Counted from the first letter of the stretch, positions 40,110 to 50,540 are shown. The stretch is DNA of 64,000 bases from Candidatus Latescibacterota bacterium (GCA_965219995.1 CBDCOX010000002.1:4640001-4704000), one strand, 5' to 3'. A program made the numbers and translations. Notes: generated by a model from the sequence alone, not told the origin.

Positions 40110-41198
40110 CTATATCAACTCCGTCCCGTCCATGAATTCGATCAGTGTCCGGTTCGCCCGGGAAAATGCATAGTCTTCGAGGCTTTCGGGTACGACCCAT
40201 TTCGCGTCCGTACAGGTCCGCGCGCGGGCTCTGCCGCCTTTGTAGTCGCATCGAAACGCATGCATGGTGACGCTGAAGTGGGTGAAGGCGTGTCTGACGG
40301 TCCTGAACCGGCTCCGCAGGGCGGCGTCGACGCCGGTTGCCTCGCGCACCGCGCGTATACATGTGTCACCCAGGGCCTCGCCCTGCAGTTGTCGGGCCGA
40401 TGGAAATTCCCAGAGTCCGCCGAGAAGCCCGTTTTCCGGCCGGCGCGCGATCAGGATCTTGTCTTTCCGGGATACGATTCCAACACCCAGGATGTGGTGC
40501 GGGCGCGATTTCGTCGGGGCTTTGACGGGTAGCGATTCCGCGGTACCTGATTGATACGCGGCGCAATATTCGTCGACGGGACACGAGCCGCATCGGGGAG
40601 CGCGCGGGCGGCAGACCGTCGCGCCAAGTTCCATGATCGCCTGGTTGTACTCGCCGGCGTTGCCGCTGTTCAGAAGGTCGCCGGCCAGTTTCTGAAGACG
40701 CGTTCTGGTGCGGGTTTGCGCGATATCGTCCCGAATCTCGAAGAGCCGGGAAAGAACGCGGATTACGTTGCCGTCGAGAACGGCGTAGTCCCGGTCGTAC
40801 GCGATACTCAGGACGGCGGCCGTGGTGTAGGGTCCCAGACCGGGCAGAGAGGAAAGATCGTCGTAGGCATCGGGCACGGCGCCGTTGAATCTCTCCACGA
40901 TGTACCGGGCCGTTCTGTGCAGGTTTCGGGCGCGGGAATAGTAGCCCAGGCCCTCCCAGGCCTTGAGGACCCTGTCTCCCTCCGTTCGGGCGAGGTCCTG
41001 CACAGTCGGGAAATCTCTCAGGAACCGCCTGTAATAGGGAATGACGGTCTCGACCCGGGTTTGCTGAAGCATGAACTCGGCGAGCAGAACGTGGTATGGA
41101 TCGGACGTATGACGCCAGGGGAGATCCCGCTTTTCGCGACGATACCAGGCGAGCAGGGCCCTCTTGATCGATCCAAATCCTGACGGGTCGGCAGTCAT
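40110..41198 (-). CDS. mutY: A/G-specific adenine glycosylase
   Basis: RDLPWR, EFMLQQTRV, WEGLGYYSRARNL, LPGLGPYT, DGNVIRV, ELGATVC...PRCGSCPV..C, GGLWEFP; start MTAD. Confidence 0.96.
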   Translation of the reverse strand: MTADPSGFGSIKRALLAWYRREKRDLPWRHTSDPYHVLLAEFMLQQTRVETVIPYYRRFLRDFPTVQDLARTEGDRVLKAWEGLGYYSRARNLHRTARYIVERFNGAVPDAYDDLSSLPGLGPYTTAAVLSIAYDRDYAVLDGNVIRVLSRLFEIRDDIAQTRTRTRLQKLAGDLLNSGNAGEYNQAIMELGATVCRPRAPRCGSCPVDEYCAAYQSGTAESLPVKAPTKSRPHHILGVGIVSRKDKILIARRPENGLLGGLWEFPSARQLQGEALGDTCIRAVREATGVDAALRSRFRTVRHAFTHFSVTMHAFRCDYKGGRARARTCTDAKWVVPESLEDYAFSRANRTLIEFMDGTELI

Positions 41199-41221
41199 CA
41201 GTTTATCCGGTGAAGGGCATC

Positions 41222-41533
41222 TCACCGCGCGTGAACGTCTTCCTTTCGGCGGCGTTTCTCCTCTGCTATATCGCTGGCGTGTCCCGTGACGACGTCTGGC
41301 GGGCTGGTCCTGATCAATTGCTGCAGGGCCAGCAGGAACAACAGGATGTCTTCGCCATAGCCCAGGTGCGGGAACAGCGCTTCCGGCAACAGATCCACGG
41401 GGGAAATCCCATATAGAATAATCAGGTACACAAGCAGTTTGCTGTACCAAGGCACGCGCGGGTCTCTCATCAGGCGCCAGGAGAGTCTGACATACTGGGG
41501 CAGGCGAAAGAGAATTGAGAAGATGCCGCGCAT
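41222..41533 (-). CDS. DUF1232/YkvA family membrane protein
   Basis: RDPRVPWYSK...LYGISPVDLLPE...LGYGED. Confidence 0.8.
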   Translation of the reverse strand: MRGIFSILFRLPQYVRLSWRLMRDPRVPWYSKLLVYLIILYGISPVDLLPEALFPHLGYGEDILLFLLALQQLIRTSPPDVVTGHASDIAEEKRRRKEDVHAR

Positions 41534-41597
41534 GGCAGTAGCGTGCGGGGACAGGTGGACGTGATTCTCTGCGCGATCGTTCAAGAGGCGGTTTTGC

Positions 41598-42590
41598 CTA
41601 CGGGCTGCCAAGAATGGATCTGACTCTGGGGTGGTTCAACACGTCCGGATTGATGACGTGCGCGGGTTCCCTGCCCTCCATGACATCGGTGAGTTGCCCG
41701 AAGGTCCGGCGGTCCAGGCGTACCGCGGAAGCGTCCGTCATTCCGGCGTTATGGTTGGTACAGATGATGCGGGGGTGTCCCTTGTGGATGGCTCGCGGGC
41801 CGTCAACCGGGTCGTCGACCACGTAGTACCAGAGTCGCTTCTCGACAATGGCGCGGTTGACGGCAATATCGTCTACGAGGGTGCCGCGCGACGGGTTGAT
41901 GAGGGAGGCATGGGGCTGCATGGCACAAAGCAGGTCGTACGTGACGAGGGTGTCGGCGCCGGAAACGTGCAGGGAGACGGTATCGCATTCCCTGAACAGG
42001 TCTATCGGTTCGCCCACGGCCTCCGCCCCGAATCGGGACGCGAGTTCCGCGATGTCCGGCCGGACGTCGTAAACGAGCAGGCGCCCCCTGTCACCGAGGA
42101 GAGGCTTCGCCCGTTCGGCGACCGCCTGACCGATGCGGCCGAAACCATACAGACCAAGTGTGGTCTCGGCGACTTCGTAGGTTCTGATGAGAGAAAAGTC
42201 GCCGCTGTGGGAGAGCCGGTTCAGCGTGTAGAGCCGTTTCATTGTCGCCATCCACTGGGCAATGGCGTATTCTGCGACCGTGACCATGTGCTCGGGAGCA
42301 ATGGTGACGATCACACCGCGGCGCGTCGCCACGTCGAGGTTGACTTTTTCGTAACCCACACCCCATCGGGAGATGATGCGCAGGTCCGGCGCGGCTTCAT
42401 AGAAGCTTTCGTGAATCAGCGCGGAACTCGCGAGAACGCCGACCACGCTGTCTGCTTCGTTTGCCGTCAGTTCGCCGGAGTAATACTCTACACTGGCAAA
42501 GCCGGCCAGTCGTTCCAGTCGCTTCTGCCGGCTGTCGGAGTCGAATTCGGGGTTCCGCATATTGGCGGACAGCAGGATTCTCCGTGGCAT
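41598..42590 (-). CDS. D-isomer-specific 2-hydroxyacid dehydrogenase family
   Basis: SRWGVGYEKV, VAEY, GLYGFGRIG, VSLH, INPSRG. Confidence 0.85.
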   Translation of the reverse strand: MPRRILLSANMRNPEFDSDSRQKRLERLAGFASVEYYSGELTANEADSVVGVLASSALIHESFYEAAPDLRIISRWGVGYEKVNLDVATRRGVIVTIAPEHMVTVAEYAIAQWMATMKRLYTLNRLSHSGDFSLIRTYEVAETTLGLYGFGRIGQAVAERAKPLLGDRGRLLVYDVRPDIAELASRFGAEAVGEPIDLFRECDTVSLHVSGADTLVTYDLLCAMQPHASLINPSRGTLVDDIAVNRAIVEKRLWYYVVDDPVDGPRAIHKGHPRIICTNHNAGMTDASAVRLDRRTFGQLTDVMEGREPAHVINPDVLNHPRVRSILGSP

Positions 42591-42623
42591 GCAATTCCTT
42601 TACGTGTGAAGTGATGCGGAAGG

Positions 42624-44306
42624 TCAATTGAACCGGTCCACGATTTCCTGTACGATTTCCCGAAGGGCGCTGCGTTGGACCTTGCCCGTAGACGTCATCG
42701 GCAAGCGGTCGGGGCTGAACGGAATGGTCCTGCAGGGCGCTTCGAAGGCGCTCAGGTTCGCCACGTTTCCCGCCAGTCCCTCGCTCAGGATCCGCCCGGC
42801 AGCTTCCACCTGCTTCCCGGGCGCCATGCCGTTGCGGAAGACCAGCGCGGCGCAGACGTCCTGTCCCCAGCGTTCGTCCTCCAGGCCGGTAACGTAGGCT
42901 GCGGCAAGCTCGGGAAAGGCTTCTACAAGGGCGTTTTCGACGGCTATCGGAGAGATGTTTACGCCGCCCTTGATGACGATCTCCTTCTTGCGGCTGTGAA
43001 CGAAATAGTAGTCACGGTTGCCGATCGCGCACCTGTAGCCAACGTCGCCGGTGTGAAACCAACCCTCCCTGAAGACTTCCTCCGTGGCTTCCGGCTGGTT
43101 GAGGTAGCCGCCCGACACAACCGGACCGCGAACCAGGATCTCACCAAGCTCGCCGGGGGGAGGATCTCCTTCGAGGCGGATGTTGTTGTTTTGGAGTTCG
43201 ACTCCCGCGGCGTTCCGCTGAAGCGCCTCCCGGTATTCGTCTTCCGGCAGGTCCGGCGGAACACCGGTGACCCGAAGGCTGACTTCGGTGGTGCCGTAGC
43301 CCTGGATCAGGCGCACGCCGAATCGATCGTGGAAACGCGCCGCGGGGCCCGCGGGTACAGGGGCGCTGCCGATCATTATCTTCGTGAGTGCGGAAATGTC
43401 GTGCCCGGCCGCGTCGAACGCGTCTGCGTCGGCAAGCAGGTCCCGCATGATGGTGGGAACAATGCTGCTTGACGTGGCTTTTTCTTCTGCAATGACGGGC
43501 CAGAAGCCGGAAGCGCTGTATCTGGAGTTGAGAACGAGCGTTCCGCCGGCCATCAGGAGCGCAATTGAAAAGACGGTTGAATTGACGTGATGCAGCGGCA
43601 GCACGAGGCTGAGTCGTTCGGTTTCGTCGAAATGCAGCCAGCGGACGATCCCGTCCGCATTGCTCACGATGCTCTGTCGCGTAAGCAGAACGCCCTTGGG
43701 TTTGCCTGTTGTTCCGGACGTATAAAGGATGATCCCCGCGGCCTGCTCCGCCGCCGGGTCCCCGCTCCATTCCGGTTCCAGGTCCCTGGTCCGGTCGACG
43801 TCGCCCGCGAGCAGAGCATCCGTGGCCGCAATGGGAACTTCCGGTGCAACTTCCCGTTCGGAATCCAGATCATCCGGAAGGACGCACAGCAGTCTGGCGC
43901 GGGAGTCTGCGAGTTTGTATCGTTTTCGATCGGGCGAGTCGCGCCTGAGGTCCAGCGGGACGGCAGTCGCGCCAAGCCGGAAGAGGGCATGGCAGATCAG
44001 AAGGATTTCCGGGCAATTCGGCATGGCCAGGGATACCCGGTCTCCCGGGCCGATGCCATAATCGTCGTGGAGCCGGGCCGCCAGCGCCGCGGTCCGGCGG
44101 TTCAGGTCTCCGTATGCGATCACCGACCGTTTTTCACCGTCCAGGTCGCGGAAGATCACGGCCGCGCGATCTCCGCAATGTTCAGCCCGATGTTGAAGAA
44201 GGCGCGTGAAGTTCGACCATGGAAAGCGATAGACGTGAGGACGTCCATTCTTCGTGCAGGTGAAGATCTCTGGATCCATAAAGATTGGACCGCGTGACGC
44301 AGGCAA
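42624..44306 (-). CDS. Class I adenylate-forming enzyme (acyl-CoA ligase)
   Basis: YTSGTTGKPKG, QGYGTTE, GWFHTGD, RKKEIVIKGG, PMTSTGK; start may be 44279. Confidence 0.88.
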   Translation of the reverse strand: MPASRGPIFMDPEIFTCTKNGRPHVYRFPWSNFTRLLQHRAEHCGDRAAVIFRDLDGEKRSVIAYGDLNRRTAALAARLHDDYGIGPGDRVSLAMPNCPEILLICHALFRLGATAVPLDLRRDSPDRKRYKLADSRARLLCVLPDDLDSEREVAPEVPIAATDALLAGDVDRTRDLEPEWSGDPAAEQAAGIILYTSGTTGKPKGVLLTRQSIVSNADGIVRWLHFDETERLSLVLPLHHVNSTVFSIALLMAGGTLVLNSRYSASGFWPVIAEEKATSSSIVPTIMRDLLADADAFDAAGHDISALTKIMIGSAPVPAGPAARFHDRFGVRLIQGYGTTEVSLRVTGVPPDLPEDEYREALQRNAAGVELQNNNIRLEGDPPPGELGEILVRGPVVSGGYLNQPEATEEVFREGWFHTGDVGYRCAIGNRDYYFVHSRKKEIVIKGGVNISPIAVENALVEAFPELAAAYVTGLEDERWGQDVCAALVFRNGMAPGKQVEAAGRILSEGLAGNVANLSAFEAPCRTIPFSPDRLPMTSTGKVQRSALREIVQEIVDRFN

Positions 44307-44313
44307 CGGATAG

Positions 44314-44473
44314 CAGTCCGTTGGAAAAGTCGCTCTGCAGGCGAGGCCGAGTCATTGTGGCCGAAGACAAGACGCGCGACCGATGCGAATCCCTGGATTC
44401 GGGGAGGGAGCGCAACGCCGTATTTCGGTCACAAGGGCCGGACGCAGACCGGATGGACTTTTTCAACGGGCTG
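44314..44473. mobile_element. 160-bp MITE with 18-bp imperfect TIRs and ATAG target-site duplication
   Basis: Left end CAGTCCGTTGGAAAAGTC, right end GACTTTTTCAACGGGCTG (16/18 complementary); ATAG directly flanks both ends; related right half at 57428-57491. Confidence 0.75.
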
Positions 44474-44495
44474 ATAGGGCGCCGGGAACTCCGAT

Positions 44496-45587
44496 TCAGG
44501 GCCCGCCCGAGTCACACCGGGCCCGGTGGACGAGATGGTGGTCGGCCAGGACGAGCGCGATCATGGCCTCAACCATCGGCACCGCACGGGGCAGTACGCA
44601 GGGGTCGTGGCGGCCGCGGCCCGATAACGTGGCCGGGTCTCCGTGAATGTCCACGGTCTCCTGGGACCTGAGGATGGTTGCCGTCGGTTTGAAGGCGGCG
44701 CGGACGACGATGTTTTCGCCATTGGAAATGCCGCCCTGAATACCGCCGGAACGGTTCGTGCGAGTGCGTATCCGTTCTCCATCGTTGTAGAACGCGTCAT
44801 TGTGGCCGGAACCGGTCAGCGTCGCGCCGCCAAACCCGGACCCGATCTCAAATCCCTTGCACGCCGGCAGAGACAGGACGGCCTTGCCCAGTTCCGCCTC
44901 CAGTTTGTCGAATACGGGTTCGCCAAGTCCCGGCGGCACGTTGCGCGCGATGGCTTCCACAACGCCGCCGAGGGAGTCGCCGTCTTTTCGTGCCTGTTCG
45001 ATCTGCCCGATCATCCGGTCCGCAGTTTCGGAATCGGGGCAGCGCACGATATTGGATTCAATCTGGTCCCGGGTGACGGTGTCGGGATCGGCACAGGCGA
45101 TCAGGTCCCGTACGCTCTTGACAAAGGCCAGGATCTCCACGCCAAGCGCCTGGTGCAGAATCTTGCGCGCGATCGCGCCGGCCGCCACGCGACCGATGGT
45201 CTCGCGTGCACTGGCCCGCCCGCCGCCCTGCCAGTCCCGGATCCCGTATTTTGCCTGATAGGTGTAGTCGGCGTGAGACGGACGGTATTTTACCCGCATC
45301 TCCTCGTAATCTTTGGATCGGGCGTCTTTGTTCCTGACGATCAGCGAGATGGGCGTGCCCAGGGTCTTGCCTTCGAAGACGCCGGACAGGATCTCGACGC
45401 GGTCCTCTTCCTTTCGCTGGGTGGTAATCCTGCTCTGCCCGGGTCTGCGCCGGTCCAGTTCCGTCTGAATCTCACCGACTTCGATCTCGAGATTGGGCGG
45501 GCAGCCGTCAATAACGACGCCCACGCCGCCGCCATGGGACTCGCCCCAGGTGGTGATGCGGAAGAGATGGCCGAAAGTGTTGCCCAT
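44496..45587 (-). CDS. aroC: Chorismate synthase
   Basis: [46 protein letters not shown]. Confidence 0.98.
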   Translation of the reverse strand: MGNTFGHLFRITTWGESHGGGVGVVIDGCPPNLEIEVGEIQTELDRRRPGQSRITTQRKEEDRVEILSGVFEGKTLGTPISLIVRNKDARSKDYEEMRVKYRPSHADYTYQAKYGIRDWQGGGRASARETIGRVAAGAIARKILHQALGVEILAFVKSVRDLIACADPDTVTRDQIESNIVRCPDSETADRMIGQIEQARKDGDSLGGVVEAIARNVPPGLGEPVFDKLEAELGKAVLSLPACKGFEIGSGFGGATLTGSGHNDAFYNDGERIRTRTNRSGGIQGGISNGENIVVRAAFKPTATILRSQETVDIHGDPATLSGRGRHDPCVLPRAVPMVEAMIALVLADHHLVHRARCDSGGP

Positions 45588-45754
45588 GCGGCGTTCGCTC
45601 CGTGTTTTGTGCGCCTGGATTCCCAGCTCGTTCGCACCGCCGGAAACGGCCTCAATTTACCGGATTCCCAAATGCGGGTCAAGCAAAAGTCTGCGCGTGA
45701 AAGCGCGGATTTGCGCCCGCCCCACCCTGTTGGAAGCCCCCGACCCGCGACATC

Positions 45755-45783
45755 TTGACAGCGTCCCGACGCGGGCCTATCTT
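45755..45783 (+). promoter_or_regulatory. Putative sigma70 promoter of the creatininase-family gene
   Basis: TTGACA-17 nt-TATCTT, 32 nt before the ATG. Confidence 0.6.
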
Positions 45784-45815
45784 GTGCTCGCCGACAGAAT
45801 GAACCGGAGGTCCGA

Positions 45816-46604
45816 ATGGCGGAGCGCTACTCAGGAATTCTCGAAGAAATGACCATCGACCAGGTTCGGGGGCTCAAGCCGGACGTTGCCGTCATTCCGA
45901 TCGGATCGACGGAACCGCACGGCCCGGCGCTGCCGTACGGTACCGACAGCTATCGGGCCGAAGCAATCGCCTGCGGCGCCACCCGGGAGGCGAACTGCCG
46001 GGGCGGCCGGGTGATCTGCCTGCCCACCGTCCGGGTCAGCCTGAACAACAATTTTCGCGCCTTTCCGTTCGCCTGCCGCATGGAGGTGTCGACGTTCATG
46101 GCGCTGCTGAAGGACCTCGTAAGAATGTGCGAGGCGGACGGCATCGAGAAGGTCGTATTCGTCAATGCCCACGGAGGCAATCCGGACGTGATCCGGGCGG
46201 CAATGCGGGACCTGGCCGCGGACGACGGCGCATTCGTCTGCATGATCCAGGCCTCTTCGTGCGCGTCGCCGGAGGCGCGGCAGGTCTGCGAAAAACCGAG
46301 CGACCACGCGGGCGAGGAGGAAACGTCGCAAATGCTCTACCTGCGGCCCGACCTCGTCCGAAAGGCAAAGATCGGCGACAATCCGCGGAGGCAGCCCGAG
46401 CTCGAGGTCCTGTCGGAGTTCCAGGTGGATTTCGTGAGACCGTGGCATCTTTACATGCCGGCATCCGCCGGCGGCGACGCAAGCCGCGCTACCCGGGAAA
46501 AGGGAAAGATCGTCATCGATTCAAGTATCGAGGGAACGGGCAGGTTTCTGGCAGAACTGTCCAGGGCCGACAGGGATCGCAATTTCCCTTACCCGCCCGA
46601 TTAA
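45816..46604 (+). CDS. Creatininase family amidohydrolase
   Basis: PIGSTEPHGPALPYGTD, NAHGGN, DHAGEEETS. Confidence 0.9.
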   Translation: MAERYSGILEEMTIDQVRGLKPDVAVIPIGSTEPHGPALPYGTDSYRAEAIACGATREANCRGGRVICLPTVRVSLNNNFRAFPFACRMEVSTFMALLKDLVRMCEADGIEKVVFVNAHGGNPDVIRAAMRDLAADDGAFVCMIQASSCASPEARQVCEKPSDHAGEEETSQMLYLRPDLVRKAKIGDNPRRQPELEVLSEFQVDFVRPWHLYMPASAGGDASRATREKGKIVIDSSIEGTGRFLAELSRADRDRNFPYPPD

Positions 46605-46668
46605 TTCATTAACCGTGAATAAACATGGATGGACAGGATTGAATTTCGCGTGAGCAGCAGAGGATATT

Positions 46669-47766
46669 ATGATCAACTACAGCAATCTGGGCGTAAGACC
46701 GTTCATCAATGCCAGCGGGACGATTACAACCCTCGGCGGCAGCCTGATGCATCCGGAAGTCCTGGACGCGATGCAGGCGGCGGCGGGGGCGTTCGTGGAC
46801 CTTCCGGAACTGAACGAAAGGGCGGGGCGATACCTGGCCGAAAAAATCGGCGTTGAAGCGGCATTCGTCTCCTGTGGCGCGGCAAGCGGGATGCAGCTTT
46901 CGGCCGCGGCGTGCCTGACGGGCACCGACGCGGAAAAGGTCCGGTCGCTGCCGCATACCGAAGGTTGGAGGAACGAGTTCGTGGTCAGTCTCGTGGACTC
47001 CCATACGTACATTCACCAGGGGATCGAGATCTGCGGCGGGAGACTGGTGCGGGTGGGCAGCAGGACGGAGGTGACGGCCGGGGACATCCTCGGCGGCATC
47101 AGCGACCGGACAGCGGCCGTCGTCCATTTCCTGGGCATGCAGAGCAAGGCGCAGCTCAAGGAGGTGATTGCCGGGGCGAATCGTGCCGGGGTCCCTGTGC
47201 TTGTCGACGCCGCGGCGCAGCTTCCGCCGAGGACGAACCTGACGGAGATTGCAGATATCGGCGCGAGCCTTGTAGTCTTCAGCGGAGGCAAGGGACTGAG
47301 GGGGCCGCAGTGCACGGGCCTGGTTCTGGGAAAAAGAGAATACGTGGACGCGGCCAGGCTGAATGCCAGCCCATTCAGCGCGGTCGGGCGCGGCATGAAG
47401 GTTGGAAAGGAAGAGATTCTCGGGCTGTTGGCGGCCGTTGATCTGTTTCTGGCGGGAAGCGACGACCAGGACCGGGCCACGTGGCGCCAACAGGCGAAAC
47501 GGGTCGTGGCGGCAGTGTCCGAAATTCCTGGCGTCGAGGCATATGTCCTGGGAGAGGGCCAGCAGGCGGCGCCCGATTTCGCTCCCAGGGCGTACGTGGA
47601 TCTTCCCGAGTCTGAAACCCGCGAGGTGATTCGGGCGATGCGTGAGGGAGACCCTCAGGTGGTGGTCCGTTCGAGCGGAAGTGGAATCGTTGTGGATCCG
47701 ATGACGCTGGCGCCCGGCGAGGAGGAGGTCGTCGGCCGTCGTCTGAAGGAAGTGCTGCGCAGATGA
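46669..47766 (+). CDS. SelA-like PLP-dependent enzyme (DgaE/D-glucosaminate-6-P ammonia-lyase type)
   Basis: INASGTITTLGGS, VDAAAQ, FSGGKGLRGPQ, GRGMKVGKEE; 365 aa, lacks the SelA N-terminal domain. Confidence 0.8.
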   Translation: MINYSNLGVRPFINASGTITTLGGSLMHPEVLDAMQAAAGAFVDLPELNERAGRYLAEKIGVEAAFVSCGAASGMQLSAAACLTGTDAEKVRSLPHTEGWRNEFVVSLVDSHTYIHQGIEICGGRLVRVGSRTEVTAGDILGGISDRTAAVVHFLGMQSKAQLKEVIAGANRAGVPVLVDAAAQLPPRTNLTEIADIGASLVVFSGGKGLRGPQCTGLVLGKREYVDAARLNASPFSAVGRGMKVGKEEILGLLAAVDLFLAGSDDQDRATWRQQAKRVVAAVSEIPGVEAYVLGEGQQAAPDFAPRAYVDLPESETREVIRAMREGDPQVVVRSSGSGIVVDPMTLAPGEEEVVGRRLKEVLRR

Positions 47767-48599
47767 TCGACGCCCATCTGCACATTGGACACCATGGCAG
47801 GAGTCTCGAGGATACGATCCGGCACATCGAAGGCATCGGGGCGGAGAAAGCCGTATTCCTGCCGATCGAGACAGCCGACCGGGAATACGAATGGCTCTCG
47901 GAAACCGTGGCGATGGCGCATGAGCGATACCCGGACAAAGTCATTCCCTTCTGCCACGTGGACGTGACGCGGGAAGACGCGGTTGCGGAACTCGAACGAC
48001 GCGCGCGGCCGGGGGTGTTCAGGGGGTACGGAGAACAGAAGCAGCACGTGCCATTGAATCATCCGGGTCTGGAACGCGTGCTGGCTTTCTGCAATGAAAT
48101 GCGCTGGCCCGTCACGTGGCATTTTCAGGAGGGGAGCCGGGGTTACAACCAGGGGATCGGACATCTGGAGTCGCTGGTGCGCAAGTTCCGCGATATCAGG
48201 TTTATCGGACACGCGCAGTCCTGGTGGGCCAATATCAGCGCGGACGTGCCGCCGCCCGAGGAGACGATGTACCCGCGAGGGCCGGTGGTACCGGGCGGAC
48301 TGGCGGACCGGCTGCTGTCCGATTACGAAAACGTGTATGCGGATCTGTCCGCAGGGTCGGGACTGGGAGCCGTCACACGCGACGAGGCGTTCGGCAGGGA
48401 CTTTCTGATGCGCCACCGGCGGAAACTGCTGTTCGCTACCGATTGCCCGTGTGTGGATGGAAAGGGAACCGATTACGCGCCCGGTTGTTTCGCGGCGAAG
48501 AGCCTGCCCTTTCTGAGACGAATGGTGGAAGATCCGGAAGCGCTGGAGGATATCCTGCACCGGAACGCGGTGCGCGTGATCGGGCTGGATGAGGGTTAA
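47763..48599 (+). CDS. Amidohydrolase_2 family metal-dependent hydrolase
   Basis: IDAHLH, GEQK, WH, FIGHA, YADLSA, LLFATD, NA. Confidence 0.85.
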   Translation: MIDAHLHIGHHGRSLEDTIRHIEGIGAEKAVFLPIETADREYEWLSETVAMAHERYPDKVIPFCHVDVTREDAVAELERRARPGVFRGYGEQKQHVPLNHPGLERVLAFCNEMRWPVTWHFQEGSRGYNQGIGHLESLVRKFRDIRFIGHAQSWWANISADVPPPEETMYPRGPVVPGGLADRLLSDYENVYADLSAGSGLGAVTRDEAFGRDFLMRHRRKLLFATDCPCVDGKGTDYAPGCFAAKSLPFLRRMVEDPEALEDILHRNAVRVIGLDEG

Positions 48600-48695
48600 C
48601 CCGTTAATTTTCCGGACTCGAACAAACATGGATGGACAGGATGGACAGGATAAGAGCCTCAAGAAGAGAACGAATGTAGGGGCGACCCTTGTGGT

Positions 48696-48948
48696 CGGTA
48701 AGAGGCGGTAAGAGGGTAGACGTTAGACGGTAGATGACATCCTTGCACCATAGGTTCTTACTCAATGCCTCTGGCAAGATGTGAAACCACACGGGGCAAT
48801 AGAACCGGTGAGACGTAAGAGGGTAGACGGTAGATGAAGACATTTATAGCAGTGTTTCTACACAAACCGTGCCTGCTAATTTACCGTTATCGTAGCAATC
48901 AAGAAAAACCATAGGGCACTCACGGTATCTCCCGTCTCCCGTCTCACC
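48696..48948 (+). repeat. Heptamer-flanked modular repeat element, copy D (long form)
   Basis: Collinear with copy C including both spacers; directly follows a truncated GTAGGGGCGACCCTTGTGGTCG REP. Confidence 0.85.
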
Positions 48949-49001
48949 ATGGAAGAGGGGCCGGGTGGGAAGTCTCCCCGCCTTCAGTCTGAGATTCTGA
49001 A

Positions 49002-50453
49002 ATGTCCATCGCAATAAAAAATATTGACCTGAACGTCCTGAACATGAAAGCGCGGATGCCGTTCCGGTACGGGATCGCGTCTCTCGTGGCTGTACCCCAT
49101 CTCTTCGTCCGGGTGACCGCGGAGATCAACGGACGCCGTGAAGTCGGGCTCGCGGCGGACGGGCTCCCGCCGAAGTGGTTCACCAAGAACCCGGAAGCGT
49201 CATTCGAAGACGACCTTGATGAAATGCTGGCGGTCATCCGCCATGCATGCCGTCTGGCTCTGTCCGCGGCCGGTGCGAAAACCGTCTATGATTTCTGGCG
49301 CGAGATCTACAACGGTCAGAAGGAATGGGCCCTGTCCACACCGTACCCGCCACTGCTGTGGGGATTCGGCGTAAGCCTGGTGGAGCGCGCGCTCATCGAC
49401 GCGTTCTGCCGGGCAACCGGGGCCGCGTTCGGTTGTGCACTGCGAGAGAACGGATTCGGCATTCGGCTCGACGATTTACAGCCCGATCTGGAGGGGGTCG
49501 AAGCCGCGGCGCTGCTGCCCGAACGCGCGAGCAGGTCGATTCTGGCGCGCCACACCGTGGGGTTGACCGATCCCCTGACAGACGCCGACGTCCCGGCGGA
49601 CGAGCGTGTGGAAGACGGCCTGCCGCAATCTCTCGAAGCCAGTATAAAGGCGTATGGCTTGACCCATCTGAAGATCAAGTTGTGCGGCGATGCGGACCGG
49701 GACGCGGACCGGCTGAGGAAGATCGCCGGATTGATGGAACGACATTCCGCGTCTGACTACGCACATACGCTCGACGGGAACGAGCAATATACTGAAATAG
49801 ATCCGTTCCGTGCGCTGTGGGAATCCGTCACGGCGGATCCGTCGCTCGATCGGTTCATGGAGCGGTTGTTATTCGTGGAGCAGCCCCTGAGGCGCGACGT
49901 GGCTCTCGGCGAGACCGTAGGCGGCGCACTGCGCGACTGGACCGGTCGCCCGCCCATGATCATCGATGAGTCTGACGGGACGCTGACCAGCGCGGCGGAG
50001 GCGCTGGAACTGGGATATGCGGGAACCAGCCACAAGAACTGCAAAGGGGTCTTCAAAGGCGTTTCCAGCGCATGTCTTATCGCAGACAGGCGAAAGAATG
50101 ATCCAGGTCGGACGTATATCCTCAGCAGCGAGGATCTGGGCAACGTCGGCCCGGTTGCGCTGCTGCAGGACCTGGCGGTGGCTGCAAGCCTTGGCGTGGG
50201 CCATACGGAGCGCAACGGTCACCACTATTTCACAGGCTTGAGTATGTATCCCCGGGAGGTACAGGCGCAGGTACTCCGGCATCACGGCACGCTCTACCGC
50301 CGGCACGAAGCGGGATTTCCCACCCTGGACCTTCAGGATGGCCGGCTGAACATCGCAAGCATCGTCGATGCGCCGTTCGGTTACGGGTTCGACCTGGACA
50401 CCTCGAGGTTTACACCGCTGGAAGACTGGTCGGCGGCCTCTCTGGACCTTTGA
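49002..50453 (+). CDS. Enolase-superfamily (mandelate racemase-like) protein of unknown function
   Basis: RMPFRYGI, HLKIKL, TLDGNEQ, FVEQP, IIDESD, SHKNCKG, SEDL, ERNGHHY. Confidence 0.7.
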   Translation: MSIAIKNIDLNVLNMKARMPFRYGIASLVAVPHLFVRVTAEINGRREVGLAADGLPPKWFTKNPEASFEDDLDEMLAVIRHACRLALSAAGAKTVYDFWREIYNGQKEWALSTPYPPLLWGFGVSLVERALIDAFCRATGAAFGCALRENGFGIRLDDLQPDLEGVEAAALLPERASRSILARHTVGLTDPLTDADVPADERVEDGLPQSLEASIKAYGLTHLKIKLCGDADRDADRLRKIAGLMERHSASDYAHTLDGNEQYTEIDPFRALWESVTADPSLDRFMERLLFVEQPLRRDVALGETVGGALRDWTGRPPMIIDESDGTLTSAAEALELGYAGTSHKNCKGVFKGVSSACLIADRRKNDPGRTYILSSEDLGNVGPVALLQDLAVAASLGVGHTERNGHHYFTGLSMYPREVQAQVLRHHGTLYRRHEAGFPTLDLQDGRLNIASIVDAPFGYGFDLDTSRFTPLEDWSAASLDL

Positions 50454-50540
50454 GGGTCCACGGTCCGTAACCTTTGCTCATTGCCAACAGATCCATCGCA
50501 GCTCAATTGAAGGCGATCGCCCGTTTCCCCGGAGACACGC

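Noticed and set aside
41199-41450. Extended mutY N-terminus
   Set aside because: Overlaps the DUF1232 gene; MutY similarity begins after MTAD at 41198
46669-47766. Selenocysteine synthase SelA serving the selenoprotein
   Set aside because: Too short, lacks the SelA N-terminal domain, has DgaE-type motifs, and no selB/selC/selD nearby
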